A stretch of DNA of 64,000 nucleotides. Origin: a virus. The notes below the pieces were generated by a model that saw only the letters and a list, made by a program, of their open reading frames with translations, searched no databases and was not told the DNA's origin. The stretch spans positions 1 through 64,000 of the IMG/VR virus record IMGVR_UViG_3300042888_001941; one strand, written 5' to 3'. This document shows, one piece after another, positions 35,568 through 44,971 of this stretch (within the stretch, counting starts at the first letter, position 1; each line of letters starts with the position of its first letter). The position numbers and the translations under genes are program-made.

Positions 35568-36347
35568 CTAAGAAGTTAAAGAAGCATCAAGCTGGAAAAT
35601 CCCGGTGCGTTCTCCGAGAACTCTCAATGTTCGTTCTTCCGGAACGCCAGTCGCGTCTGACCCGACGTACCCGAGAGTACGTTGCCAGTGTGCGTACGCC
35701 CGTTGCGTCTCAGCATCGAACATGTCTGGCGTTACGGTGTCAAGTCCGACCGTCTGTGAAAGCGCAAGCTGGACAAGCCCGATGGCTTTATTCCGGCGAC
35801 CAGGCCGACATGCCTGTGCTGAAATCGCATGCCCGCTGCCCGTTGCAGCTTTTATAAGTCTCCCAGGCCGCAATTTGAAAGACGCAGGCCGTGCAAACCC
35901 AAGTACCTCATGCCGTGACCTTACTCGCGAGTACACACCCGCCAGGGCTTGGTCTGCCTTAGGCAGGCCTGAACCCGTGTCCGCCTCGATTGTCTGGACG
36001 AGCCCGTCGGCTTGCCACCTATCCGTCTTCACTACCAGGCCGCAATGCGGCATGCCGTAACTTGTGCCCGTTGCCTGAAATGAAAAGAAAGCTATATCGC
36101 CAGGCCGCGGTTTGTTAAATAGTCGATTTTGTCTAACGAACTCCGCTAACGCGGTCGGCGTGTAAGCGCAGCTAGGAATCTCCAGGCCCGCCTGATGAAA
36201 TACATAGTCGATGAACATGCCCGCCCAAGGTTGGCCGTTGTATCCGGCCGCCTCGCCAAAAGGGTTATGGTTGTTGCTGCGTGTTGTTGTGCCAAGCCAC
36301 CGCTCTGCCTCGGCGATGACAAGCCGTGCCTGTGTGTCGTTTGTCAT
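35568..36347 (-). CDS. Endolysin-like protein: CHAP-like domain plus peptidoglycan-binding domain
   Basis: NGQPWAGMF, PRPGDIAFF, HCGLV, TIEADT; PGBD VQLAL..T..AY..WQ..LG. Confidence 0.75.
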   Translation of the reverse strand: MTNDTQARLVIAEAERWLGTTTRSNNHNPFGEAAGYNGQPWAGMFIDYVFHQAGLEIPSCAYTPTALAEFVRQNRLFNKPRPGDIAFFSFQATGTSYGMPHCGLVVKTDRWQADGLVQTIEADTGSGLPKADQALAGVYSRVRSRHEVLGFARPASFKLRPGRLIKAATGSGHAISAQACRPGRRNKAIGLVQLALSQTVGLDTVTPDMFDAETQRAYAHWQRTLGYVGSDATGVPEERTLRVLGERTGIFQLDASLTS

Positions 36348-36356
36348 TCACATCAC

Positions 36357-36548
36357 CTAATCTTGTTTGCTAAGCTCCTCAACAAGGAGTTGCTGAATCA
36401 TATCACCTAAGTTCTCTGCTTCGTTCGCCCGTGCCGTTAGCCGGATGTGCTCCTCACGAGTTGCCGCCTGCTCAACATCGTTTAGGAGCGAGGCCGCATG
36501 CTCCCTCATTTGGTAGGCGATTTCTTCAAGTGCTGTTATGTTACTCAT
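36357..36548 (-). CDS. Small helical protein
   Basis: Start reset to MSNIT; overlaps the upstream stop. Confidence 0.55.
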   Translation of the reverse strand: MSNITALEEIAYQMREHAASLLNDVEQAATREEHIRLTARANEAENLGDMIQQLLVEELSKQD

Positions 36549-37440
36549 CGGTAGGGCTCTCCTCGACAACCGTCGCATCTTCTACTGCCTGGGCGTCATT
36601 AACTCCGTCATTCGAAAGCTCAACCGCGATGTTATAGGCTCCGCTTGATAGGCGGGCAAGCCGCTCTGCAATAATTGAAGAGGCAGGCCGTGCGTCTGTA
36701 ACATTAACGTTCGCGTCAAACTCTACACCGCCTCGTATGCCAGCGCGGTCTAGAATCTCCGTAGATGCTTTTAATCTTACTGGCTCTGACGCCGCATTGG
36801 TCATCAAGTCTTCTAAGATGTCTACCGCATATGGAGCTGCTTGTGTTATCCGCTTGCGAGCTCTCTCGATATCCTCGCCTGGCTTCTTAGAAAGATGGCG
36901 AAGGTGAACACGGCACAAGCCGTCATCCTTCGGCCGTCCGGAAGACCAGAGCATACAGCGAATGCCGTCGTCCTTGATGGTAGAACATCTGTGTGGGAGT
37001 GCGGTCGGCTTACGCTTGGAGCTGGCGATTGGCTCGTCCTGCTCCTTGCCCCACATCTTAGTAGCTCCGATTACCCAAGGTGGAACTAGCTTATCCGTCA
37101 TCGCCTCAACAAGAAGATCATACCCGGTGAGGTAATCTGAGTTCACATTGTCTGGGTCAACAAGGATTGGCTTCTTCTCCGCTAGGGATAAGAGTCTACG
37201 CTCCGTTGCCATGTCTTGAGATCTCGCCATGATGAGACCCGTAGGAACTCCATTGGTAGAGTAAACTGTGTCCCAGCCCATGTGCGCCTTACGAAGCAGT
37301 GAGCGGTTCTCATAGGTATCCTCACAGACACCGCGCTCCATCTCGATGATACCGCACAGTGAAAGATCTGGCCTCAGGTTGACAGGTTCGTCAATCTGAA
37401 TCTCTGGCTTCTCATCTTCGGGAGGAGTAATCTCTAGCAT
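36541..37440 (-). CDS. Probable terminase small subunit-like protein
   Basis: RC....DG.RC...G.CRVH zinc motif followed by A...L..L...A.SE.VRLKAS.EILDRAG. Start reset to MLEIT. Confidence 0.55.
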   Translation of the reverse strand: MLEITPPEDEKPEIQIDEPVNLRPDLSLCGIIEMERGVCEDTYENRSLLRKAHMGWDTVYSTNGVPTGLIMARSQDMATERRLLSLAEKKPILVDPDNVNSDYLTGYDLLVEAMTDKLVPPWVIGATKMWGKEQDEPIASSKRKPTALPHRCSTIKDDGIRCMLWSSGRPKDDGLCRVHLRHLSKKPGEDIERARKRITQAAPYAVDILEDLMTNAASEPVRLKASTEILDRAGIRGGVEFDANVNVTDARPASSIIAERLARLSSGAYNIAVELSNDGVNDAQAVEDATVVEESPTDE

Positions 37441-37598
37441 GTTGTAATAGTACACTTGTACATAAAAAGAGACAGACCCCGTCACATCGGGGAGAGGTCT
37501 AGTGACGGGGCCTGCCTGAACTGCACAAGGAAACGAAAACGAGACCACAGGCTCGCAATCGCGTCGCTTGAAGTCTCGCTGTCGTTAAAGCTTGGGTG

Positions 37599-37859
37599 TT
37601 ACTTCTTCTTTGGTTCAGCCTTCTTCTTGACTGTTTTCTTCTCTACTTCAGCTGCCGCTGCTGTCAGAACCTTCTGGGCGACGACGCCGAAGGCTGGATC
37701 TTTCTTGTTGACAAAGCGGATAACTACAGGGATTACCGCGGCAATGCCTGCATTGAGAAGTACCGCAGGATCTGATTCACCTGCGAGGTAAAGAGCTGTT
37801 GCTGCTGCAATGAATGAGCGGACATATGAAGCCGCCATTGCCTTGAGTTGTTTGTTCAT
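37599..37859 (-). CDS. Holin-like membrane protein
   Basis: SYVRSFIAA..LYLAG..AGIAAVIPVVIR..N.KD.AFG; two TMs, basic tail, near the lysin. Confidence 0.6.
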   Translation of the reverse strand: MNKQLKAMAASYVRSFIAAATALYLAGESDPAVLLNAGIAAVIPVVIRFVNKKDPAFGVVAQKVLTAAAAEVEKKTVKKKAEPKKK

Positions 37860-37989
37860 GAACTTTCCTCCCGTTAACAAGTCTTGCTAACGGGGAAATC
37901 TTAATACAAGTCTCGAAGGTTTATTGGGTGAGAGAGGAGAAAACGCCCCTAGATTGCCCTCTTCAGAAACAGATTATCGAACTGCTTCT

Positions 37990-38202
37990 TTAAGGGTCCG
38001 TCTTGGTCTTCCTAGCAACCACAACATCTTTAGCTTCCCAGGTCGAATTACATGAGCAACCACAGATCCAAAGCTTGTCAAACCAGGCTACTTCATGTGG
38101 ACACTTGTCATGGAAGGTGTCATTACAGAATCCGCAAGACCTCTCGGACTTGACTACTGTTCTGACTCCGTACCACTCCAGGTGGTTGGTTTCTTTACTC
38201 AA
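37990..38202 (-). CDS. Small Cys-rich protein
   Basis: CGFC..H..C..CGCSC. Confidence 0.55.
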   Translation of the reverse strand: MSKETNHLEWYGVRTVVKSERSCGFCNDTFHDKCPHEVAWFDKLWICGCSCNSTWEAKDVVVARKTKTDP

Positions 38203-38854
38203 TAACGTAGACCGTCTGCTTGTGGTGGCGGAGCTTGACTGTGGGATCTATCCAAATCTGGAATCCTGACCGTTGGGCGTTTCCGCACCATGAGTAATCT
38301 TCCCCAACGTTTACTCTCATCTCTGAGTCTTCCCTCCACTTGATCTTCCCGATAAGGAACCATGGTCTTGGGATACTTTCAAAGACTCCAGTCTTCACCG
38401 CAACGAATCCAAATCCGACACCGCCTACCTGAACAGGAGAATCATGGAGGAGGAACTCAACCTTGTTCATGCGAGTTGGGACACCTCTGTCATCTGGGAG
38501 CTGGGCAGCAACCGAACCGATTGGGTCAAGAGCATACAGCCCAGAGATGATGTGGCGGTCTGACTCGTAGAGCTTCATGAAGTCTTCAACCGTCCACTCG
38601 ATGTCTGAGTCAATCCAGAAAAGCTTCTTGTAAGTGAACTCACCGCGACCTGGAGCTGTCGCATCGAAGTCGTGCATGGTCGTGTCAAGAGCGGTTAGTT
38701 CTCGTGCGGTAGCTACAAATGAGGAATATCGGGAGATGAAGTGATATGAAATTCCACGAGCATTGAGCTCCTTGGTGGTCTCAACCAGACTCTTCACATA
38801 CTCCGGGACAAAGGAAGATCCTGGCGTCATGATGACAACGTCGTAGTGTTTCAT
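38195..38854 (-). CDS. GT-A fold glycosyltransferase-like protein
   Basis: FWIDSDI (DxD), GVGFGFVAVK..VFE..PWF, GEDYSWC, IWIDP.V.L.H.K. Confidence 0.8.
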   Translation of the reverse strand: MKHYDVVIMTPGSSFVPEYVKSLVETTKELNARGISYHFISRYSSFVATARELTALDTTMHDFDATAPGRGEFTYKKLFWIDSDIEWTVEDFMKLYESDRHIISGLYALDPIGSVAAQLPDDRGVPTRMNKVEFLLHDSPVQVGGVGFGFVAVKTGVFESIPRPWFLIGKIKWREDSEMRVNVGEDYSWCGNAQRSGFQIWIDPTVKLRHHKQTVYVIE

Positions 38855-38991
38855 TAGAACTCCACATCAAACCAGAAGAAGATCAGATCCATAGAGAGCT
38901 GATACCTGCTTACGTTAATCGCAAGGTTAAAGCTTGGGAACTTGTGGAGTCCAACACGAACCCACTTACCCTTTACAACATATTCCCTCAT
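38854..38991 (-). CDS. Small hypothetical protein (45 aa)
   Basis: My translation MREYVVKGKW...FFWFDVEF; coupled on both sides. Confidence 0.5.
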   Translation of the reverse strand: MREYVVKGKWVRVGLHKFPSFNLAINVSRYQLSMDLIFFWFDVEF

Positions 38992-39455
38992 CACATTGAC
39001 ACTCGGCAATCGTGACAGATAAGCGCATCGAAGCCAGTTGCTTCATCAGCCAATCTTCCTGACTGAGTTACAGCCGCAGGTACAACATTGGAAGCTCCGC
39101 TACCACACTTATCACACTTAAGCTCAACTAGCCAGGTAACTTCTTTACCTGAGCTTACGGTAGATGCAATTCCACGAGTTAAAGCGTGCATGGCTCCAGC
39201 ACCTTCCGTACGTCTCATGAACGCACGAATGTCTTCAGACTCAATCACAGGCTTCACAGCTTTGCATGGGCACAACAACGCACTTGGCTTACATGTCAAG
39301 TGTCCTGCGTACTCTGAGTGACGAGCTACCGCGTGACCGCAAAGACACACCCGTCTATCTCGTCTACCCTTCTTGGTCTCACCAAGAATCTTCCGGTCTA
39401 CCTCAAGAACTTCCTCAATGGAAAGTCCCATACCTTCAAGTGGATTTATCCCCAT
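38991..39455 (-). CDS. Cys/His-rich zinc-binding protein
   Basis: CLCGH..H, C..CPC, CDKC, CHDC. Confidence 0.65.
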   Translation of the reverse strand: MGINPLEGMGLSIEEVLEVDRKILGETKKGRRDRRVCLCGHAVARHSEYAGHLTCKPSALLCPCKAVKPVIESEDIRAFMRRTEGAGAMHALTRGIASTVSSGKEVTWLVELKCDKCGSGASNVVPAAVTQSGRLADEATGFDALICHDCRVSM

Positions 39456-39619
39456 AGCATCATCACCGATACCCAGATGAAGACTTGGCTACACCAAAGA
39501 AAGTTAATCAAGTACCTGAACTTCTTATCTACCCAATACTGACTTTTAGTGACCCAGGTCAAGAAGACTACTCCAAATGTAGCAATGAAACAAGCAAAAA
39601 GTGTTGCACCATCAATCAT
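39446..39619 (-). CDS. Small two-TM protein (57 aa)
   Basis: My translation MIDGATLFACFIATFGVVFLTWV...; SD GGAGAG. Confidence 0.5.
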   Translation of the reverse strand: MIDGATLFACFIATFGVVFLTWVTKSQYWVDKKFRYLINFLWCSQVFIWVSVMMLWG

Positions 39620-39659
39620 GCGTCTCTCCTTTGTAAGTTGTTAAGCAGACCCTATCACA

Positions 39660-39990
39660 AGTTGTCTAAAAAAGTAACAAGAATTCTCAACTAAAATCAA
39701 CTTAATTTTTGGATACTACGATTCTCAACCATCTTTTCTAAAGCCCCTAGGAGAAACTCTATACACGTATAAGAAATATAGTTAAGAATTGTAGTATCGT
39801 GTACATACTATAAATACTAAAAATGGGTTTACTAGGTCAGTTTTATATCTCGCAACTATTTTTCTCACCTAGTAAGCCTCTCGTACAGTACTAGGTCCTT
39901 TTCTCTCTTCTCTTTCTTTTTCTTTCCTAGTAAGTCCTTTTTCACTTTCTCTCTTTTTCTCTTCGTCTTCTCATTTATTCAATAATCGCG
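39660..39990. repeat. AT-rich intergenic repeat region (candidate origin)
   Basis: 16/18 inverted repeat at 39712-29/39781-98; TACTAGG/CCTAGTA at 39830, 39868, 39889, 39926; polypyrimidine tract ~39897-39975. Confidence 0.6.
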
Positions 39991-40017
39991 GCGGAAAATT
40001 TGTATTAGAATCATCCT

Positions 40018-40251
40018 ATGTACCCAGACCAAGACGCTCATGAATACGCTCTTGCTCGTCTGTCCGCCTGTCAATTTACCGTCGCTGCCCTCCTGCAAGA
40101 TCTCAGAGATCCTTGCGATTCAGAGCGCAGAGCGGATCTTCTCATTGCAAGTGAATACCTATTAAACGACATCCTGCAGCTCAACAATGCCCTAAGGGAA
40201 ATGACCTGGGCGTCACTAGATAAGAAAGCTCACCCGTCCTCTACAGAATAA
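40018..40251 (+). CDS. Hypothetical protein
   Basis: 77 aa; leaderless start with TAGAAT 6 nt upstream. Confidence 0.55.
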   Translation: MYPDQDAHEYALARLSACQFTVAALLQDLRDPCDSERRADLLIASEYLLNDILQLNNALREMTWASLDKKAHPSSTE

Positions 40252-40281
40252 AAACGTAAAACCTACCACCGGAAGGTAACC

Positions 40282-43200
40282 GTGCCCCGCAGTAAAAAGC
40301 GCCGTGGGGGAGAGCACGCAAGTAAAAGTAAGATAAGTAAGCGACTCCTGATTGCAGGAGGCATGGCAGGAGCGTCTATGCTCCTGTCACCTCGTTCTGC
40401 CCAGGCAGAGGAAGTTGTTACTCCGCCTTCTTCCGAACAGACTTCGCAGCAGTCACAACCGCCACAAGGCCAATCACAGCAAAGTTCGCAAGGAACCCAA
40501 CAGCAAACGACATCCAGTCCATCTTCGTCTCCTTCATCTTTAAGTACAACAGATATTACCACGCTCGAGACAAAAGTTGAACAAATCAACGAGGTTCTCG
40601 CTACCGTCACATCTCCCACATCTACTACTGAGGCGGTAGCTCAAAATGCCAACACCCAAGTTGAAGAAGCTGCGCAGGCGGTACAAGATGTATCAACGAC
40701 AGCAGCTGCCGTTACTACTGCTACCACTAATCTATCTAGCGCGACTGCGGCAGCATCTTCTACGACTGCCACGCTTACTCAGGCGCAGTCCGCAGACTCC
40801 ACCGCCCAGGCAGCGGTAACCGCTCAGACTCCTGTTGTTGAAGCCGCGCAAGAAGAAGCGACAGATGCGCAGGCAGCCGCTGATGAAGCGTCTACCTCAT
40901 CTACGATTACTGAAACCTTTACCAATAACCAGCGCACAACTGATATGGCTATCACGGTTAATGGTGTTCCGGTTTCCACGACTCCGACCAGCGGCGTACA
41001 GATTAACTCATACAATAACTCAGGACCTGTCACCGGCGGAACACTGTCCGACCAATGGAGCCCTGGGATTCTTATCAATCCCGTTCAAGATGCAACTTCA
41101 ATGTCCTTTGACTCGTTTGCAAAAAATGGTGACTCTCCTATCACGGTTACCTACACCGATGGAACTACGTCTACCGTTACGTACGCGAACAACGTCAGCC
41201 AGGATAACCCAGGATTCACATCTACGGTAACTATTACCGCCCCTGAAGGAAAAGCAATTGCCTCTATTAAAATCGAGGCAACTAATGATTACCATATTAT
41301 TGACAACATTTCAGCGTCTGTTCAGACAACTGACCCTGCCTTAGCACAAGCAGCAGCTACTGCACAGGCAACACTTACCTCTGCTCAAGCTATTCTTACC
41401 ACGCTACAGGCAGATGCGAATGCAACCGCCCAGCAACTCGCTGACGCTCAAGCGGCGTACACTCTAGCCCAGCAAGGTCTTTCGACCGCTACGTATAACT
41501 TGCAGTCCACTACTATTGCATCACAGGTGGCAGTTGCTGCAGCCCCTGTTGAAACCCGTGAAGCGGTTATTGCTGTTGCTAACGCGCAGGTTGCAGTTTC
41601 CCAAGACGCAGTTACCCAGCTCGCAACTGCAGTCACAAATCTTGCAACAACAAACTCAAACATTGTTGGAACCAATGCGACAGACGCAGCAGTCTCCGAT
41701 GCACAGGACGCTGTTGAAGCAGCGCAGGACGCTATTGATGAAGCAGAAGCAAAGAAGCTCGTGGCGGACACATTACTTACCGCTGCTGGAAATAGCACGG
41801 TTGCCTCTGCCCAGGATAACGTTGAAGACAAGACAGCAGATCTTCTTACCGCCGAGGACGCGGTTGACGCTCAAGAAGTTGTTGTTGAAGATGCACAGGC
41901 TGATAAAGACGCAGCGCAGGCAGTCGTTGATGCAAGCACCACTCCAGGATTACAGGTAACCGTCTACAACGTGCAAGGGCAGAACGCAGCTCCTGTAGTT
42001 ACAGCGAGTACTCCCGTTCTTGCAACGTTTGTTGACACGAACGGAATCGATGAACAGTGGGGTGGAGGACTTGTTGCCAACCCTTCTCGTGTAGATGACG
42101 TTGTTGTTAAGTACGAAGGTGTGTGGACTCCAACCTTCACCGGAACACAGTACATTCATCACGCAGCAGATGACGGAACCCGTCTGTACCTTGATGGTGA
42201 ACTTATATCAGATGCTTGGTACGACAAGGGAGGCGGAGGACCGACTGTTGATATTGAAACTCAGGCAGGAGTATCTCGCCAGTTTGAGTTTTGGTACTAT
42301 GAAAACGGTGGAGGAGCGCACGTAGCTCTTCTCCGTTACACTGATTACGGCTGGCAAGTAATCCCTGGCTCAGAGTTCTCAATATCTAATGCGTCTCAAG
42401 CTGAGAAAGATGCACTAGCGTCTGCAGTTACAACTCTCAACACAGAGACAAACACGTTGTCATCTCTTGAAGCAACTGAGGCTCAAGCTCAGCAAGATCT
42501 TACTTCTGCCCAGGCAACTCTCGTTTTAGCTCAGTCAGCAGAGACTGCGATTACCGAGTATGTTGCGCTCGCGCAAACAGCAATTGATACTACCGTTACC
42601 GCCATCGCCGAGGTGTCCGCTGCGCATTCTGTAATTCAAGCACAGGTTGCTTATGAAGCTCAACCAATTAACGCTCCTTCAAACGTCGTTGTAACTGTTC
42701 TCCCTGAAGGTGACGTTCAAATTACTTGGTCAGCTCCTGAGACTGGACTTGAGCCAGAGCGCTACGCTATTTCCTGGAGTACAGGTGATGCTGGCTGGGG
42801 TGTAGCAACCGGCAACGCGGGTGACGAAAACGCATTGAACACAAGTATTACATTGTCAAAGGATCTTTTCGTATCTACCGGCGGACTTAATAAGGTCTAC
42901 AACTTTACTGTTCGCTCTGATAACGACACAATTGCAAAGTACTCTGAGGCTACAGCAGTTACAGCAGTTACAGTTATTGACTCAGTTGCAGAGGCAGCAA
43001 GAATTCAAGCAGAGCAAAATGCATTAGCTGCGGCAGCAGCAAACGCACTTGCAGAGGCAGCAGCAGCGTCGGCGCAAGCAGCAGCCGCTGCAGCAGAAGC
43101 CGCAGCGCAAGCTGCACAGGCAGAGGCGGCCGCTGCAGAGGCAGCAGCTCAAGCAGCAGAGGCCGAAGCCGCAGCAGCTGAAGCGGAAGCCGCTGCACAA

Positions 43201-44175
43201 GAAGAAGCAAACGCTCAGGCAGAGGCTGAGGCAGCAGCCGCTGAGGCAGAGGCTCAAGCGCAAGCTGAAGCACAGGCGCAAGCAGAAGCAGAGGCTCAGG
43301 CAGCAGAAGAAGCTGCAGCACAGGCAGAGGCCGAAGCTCAAGCACAAGCGGAGGCAGACGCACAAGCGGAGGCTGAAGCTGAAGCAGCAGAGCAAGAAGC
43401 TGAAGAGCAAGCAGCTAAGGACGCAGAGGCAGAGGCTGCTGCAGAAGAAGCCGAAGCCGAAGCCGAAGCCAAGGACCCAGACGCACAAACAGATAACGCT
43501 CTTGAAGACGGAGAGATTTCTGAGAAAGAAGCCGAGAAAGTTGGAGATGCTCTCGCGGCTGACGGAAAAGTTACCGCTAGCGAAATTGAAAACGTTGTTG
43601 AAGCTATCGCAGGAAAAGATGGAGAGTTGTCTAAGGCAGAAATTGCTGCGGTTGCAAACGTTCTTGTTGCTGCGTTTACTCAAGACGGAGGAGCTGTTCC
43701 TGCATCAGCAATTGCGGCAGCTGGAATTGAGTACAAGGATCTCCCACCCGAGACTCCGGTTGAAACTCGCACAGACTCAAGTGGAACTCCAATTGTTATC
43801 ACAGCAGAGACCGCGGCAGACATTGCGCTTGTAACAGATCCTGGAGCTCTTGCAGAGGCATTGTTCTCAGACCCAGGAGCGGCACTCGCTGCGTTTGGAA
43901 GTATTGGCGCGGATATGTCTGAGGAAGAAAGAAAGCAATCACAAGAAGCTGTTGTTGCAACTGTTGTTGCTGCAGGCGCTGCAATTCAAGCAGCTGCAGG
44001 AGCAGTGGCCGCTGCAACATCAACATCCGCTCCTTCTAGCTCTGCGCCTCGTGGCGGAGATGCGGGAGCACCATTAGGAAAAGAAGGCGGAACAGTTAAG
44101 CGCTCTGCCCGTCGCGCTCCTAAGAAGGTAGTTAAGAAAGCTAATAGAATACGACCAACAAGGAGACCTAAATAA
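40282..44175 (+). CDS. Large exported/membrane protein with PA14 and FN3-like domains and Ala/Glu/Gln repeats
   Basis: Signal-like N-terminus; PA14 motifs IDEQWGGG..ADDGTRLYLDG..WYYENGGGA; FN3-like APSNV..ITWSAP; long AEAEA repeat; basic tail. Confidence 0.8.
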   Translation: MPRSKKRRGGEHASKSKISKRLLIAGGMAGASMLLSPRSAQAEEVVTPPSSEQTSQQSQPPQGQSQQSSQGTQQQTTSSPSSSPSSLSTTDITTLETKVEQINEVLATVTSPTSTTEAVAQNANTQVEEAAQAVQDVSTTAAAVTTATTNLSSATAAASSTTATLTQAQSADSTAQAAVTAQTPVVEAAQEEATDAQAAADEASTSSTITETFTNNQRTTDMAITVNGVPVSTTPTSGVQINSYNNSGPVTGGTLSDQWSPGILINPVQDATSMSFDSFAKNGDSPITVTYTDGTTSTVTYANNVSQDNPGFTSTVTITAPEGKAIASIKIEATNDYHIIDNISASVQTTDPALAQAAATAQATLTSAQAILTTLQADANATAQQLADAQAAYTLAQQGLSTATYNLQSTTIASQVAVAAAPVETREAVIAVANAQVAVSQDAVTQLATAVTNLATTNSNIVGTNATDAAVSDAQDAVEAAQDAIDEAEAKKLVADTLLTAAGNSTVASAQDNVEDKTADLLTAEDAVDAQEVVVEDAQADKDAAQAVVDASTTPGLQVTVYNVQGQNAAPVVTASTPVLATFVDTNGIDEQWGGGLVANPSRVDDVVVKYEGVWTPTFTGTQYIHHAADDGTRLYLDGELISDAWYDKGGGGPTVDIETQAGVSRQFEFWYYENGGGAHVALLRYTDYGWQVIPGSEFSISNASQAEKDALASAVTTLNTETNTLSSLEATEAQAQQDLTSAQATLVLAQSAETAITEYVALAQTAIDTTVTAIAEVSAAHSVIQAQVAYEAQPINAPSNVVVTVLPEGDVQITWSAPETGLEPERYAISWSTGDAGWGVATGNAGDENALNTSITLSKDLFVSTGGLNKVYNFTVRSDNDTIAKYSEATAVTAVTVIDSVAEAARIQAEQNALAAAAANALAEAAAASAQAAAAAAEAAAQAAQAEAAAAEAAAQAAEAEAAAAEAEAAAQEEANAQAEAEAAAAEAEAQAQAEAQAQAEAEAQAAEEAAAQAEAEAQAQAEADAQAEAEAEAAEQEAEEQAAKDAEAEAAAEEAEAEAEAKDPDAQTDNALEDGEISEKEAEKVGDALAADGKVTASEIENVVEAIAGKDGELSKAEIAAVANVLVAAFTQDGGAVPASAIAAAGIEYKDLPPETPVETRTDSSGTPIVITAETAADIALVTDPGALAEALFSDPGAALAAFGSIGADMSEEERKQSQEAVVATVVAAGAAIQAAAGAVAAATSTSAPSSSAPRGGDAGAPLGKEGGTVKRSARRAPKKVVKKANRIRPTRRPK

Positions 44176-44360
44176 TGAAAGACTTCATAAGAGATCTTGC
44201 AGACCAGCAATGGACTCTACTTGGCATGTTCGTAGCATGGCTTGTTCTCGATGGATCTGCACGCACCATCGTAGGTTACGCAATTGTGTTTACTACTATC
44301 ATGTGGTCACTTACCTACCGTCTCCGTAATCCTAAGGAAGACGAAGAAGACGCCGAGTAG
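44175..44360 (+). CDS. Small two-TM partner protein
   Basis: WTLLGMFVAWLVLDGSA..IVG; TAATG coupling to the large gene. Confidence 0.65.
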   Translation: MKDFIRDLADQQWTLLGMFVAWLVLDGSARTIVGYAIVFTTIMWSLTYRLRNPKEDEEDAE

Positions 44361-44381
44361 TACTTAGGATAGAATCTTCCT

Positions 44382-44969
44382 ATGCCAATCCTAGGAACCA
44401 TAGCCTCGCAGGTTCCTGCTAACTTACCTACTACATCTTTCTTTTCTATAGCTACATCTACTGTTAGCTCAGGCGGAACAAGCGCTATTAGTTTTAGTTC
44501 TATCCCTAGCACGTATAAGCATCTTCAGGTGAGAGCTTTTGCTAGAGGAACTGCTACTGGAAATGCGGACTATAGAGAATCTTTAAGAATGAGAGTGAAT
44601 GGTGACACTGGAAGCAATTACACTCTCCATCGTCTCTGGGGCGACGGCGTAGTTGTTTCGGGCGTGAACGTTACAGGCAGAACAGAGTTTGAAACTGCTG
44701 GAATGATTCAAGACGGAGATGGTCTAGCAAATGCGTTTGGTTACGCCGTTGTCGAGATACTAGACTATGCTAACACTAATAAATATAAAACATTCAGATC
44801 TCTTACCGGGTTTGACAATAATACGACTGGAACAAGTCAAAAGCAAGGCGGCGTACTTTTAACCTCCTGTGTGTGGATGAACACCAACGCTATCTCTTCA
44901 ATAACGATGTACTGCTCAGCAAATGTTGCTCAATACAGCCACTTTGCACTTTATGGAGTTAAAGGATAA
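44382..44969 (+). CDS. Virion-type beta protein, paralog 1 of 3
   Basis: IATSTV..ISFSSIPSTYKHLQ..ILDYANTNKYKT..FALYGVK. Confidence 0.7.
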   Translation: MPILGTIASQVPANLPTTSFFSIATSTVSSGGTSAISFSSIPSTYKHLQVRAFARGTATGNADYRESLRMRVNGDTGSNYTLHRLWGDGVVVSGVNVTGRTEFETAGMIQDGDGLANAFGYAVVEILDYANTNKYKTFRSLTGFDNNTTGTSQKQGGVLLTSCVWMNTNAISSITMYCSANVAQYSHFALYGVKG

Positions 44970-44971
44970 TT

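Noticed and set aside
42974-43834. Alternative-frame ORFs (Cys/Leu-rich, Gln/Lys-rich)
   Set aside because: Artefacts of the AEAQA codon repeat in the 1297-aa gene.
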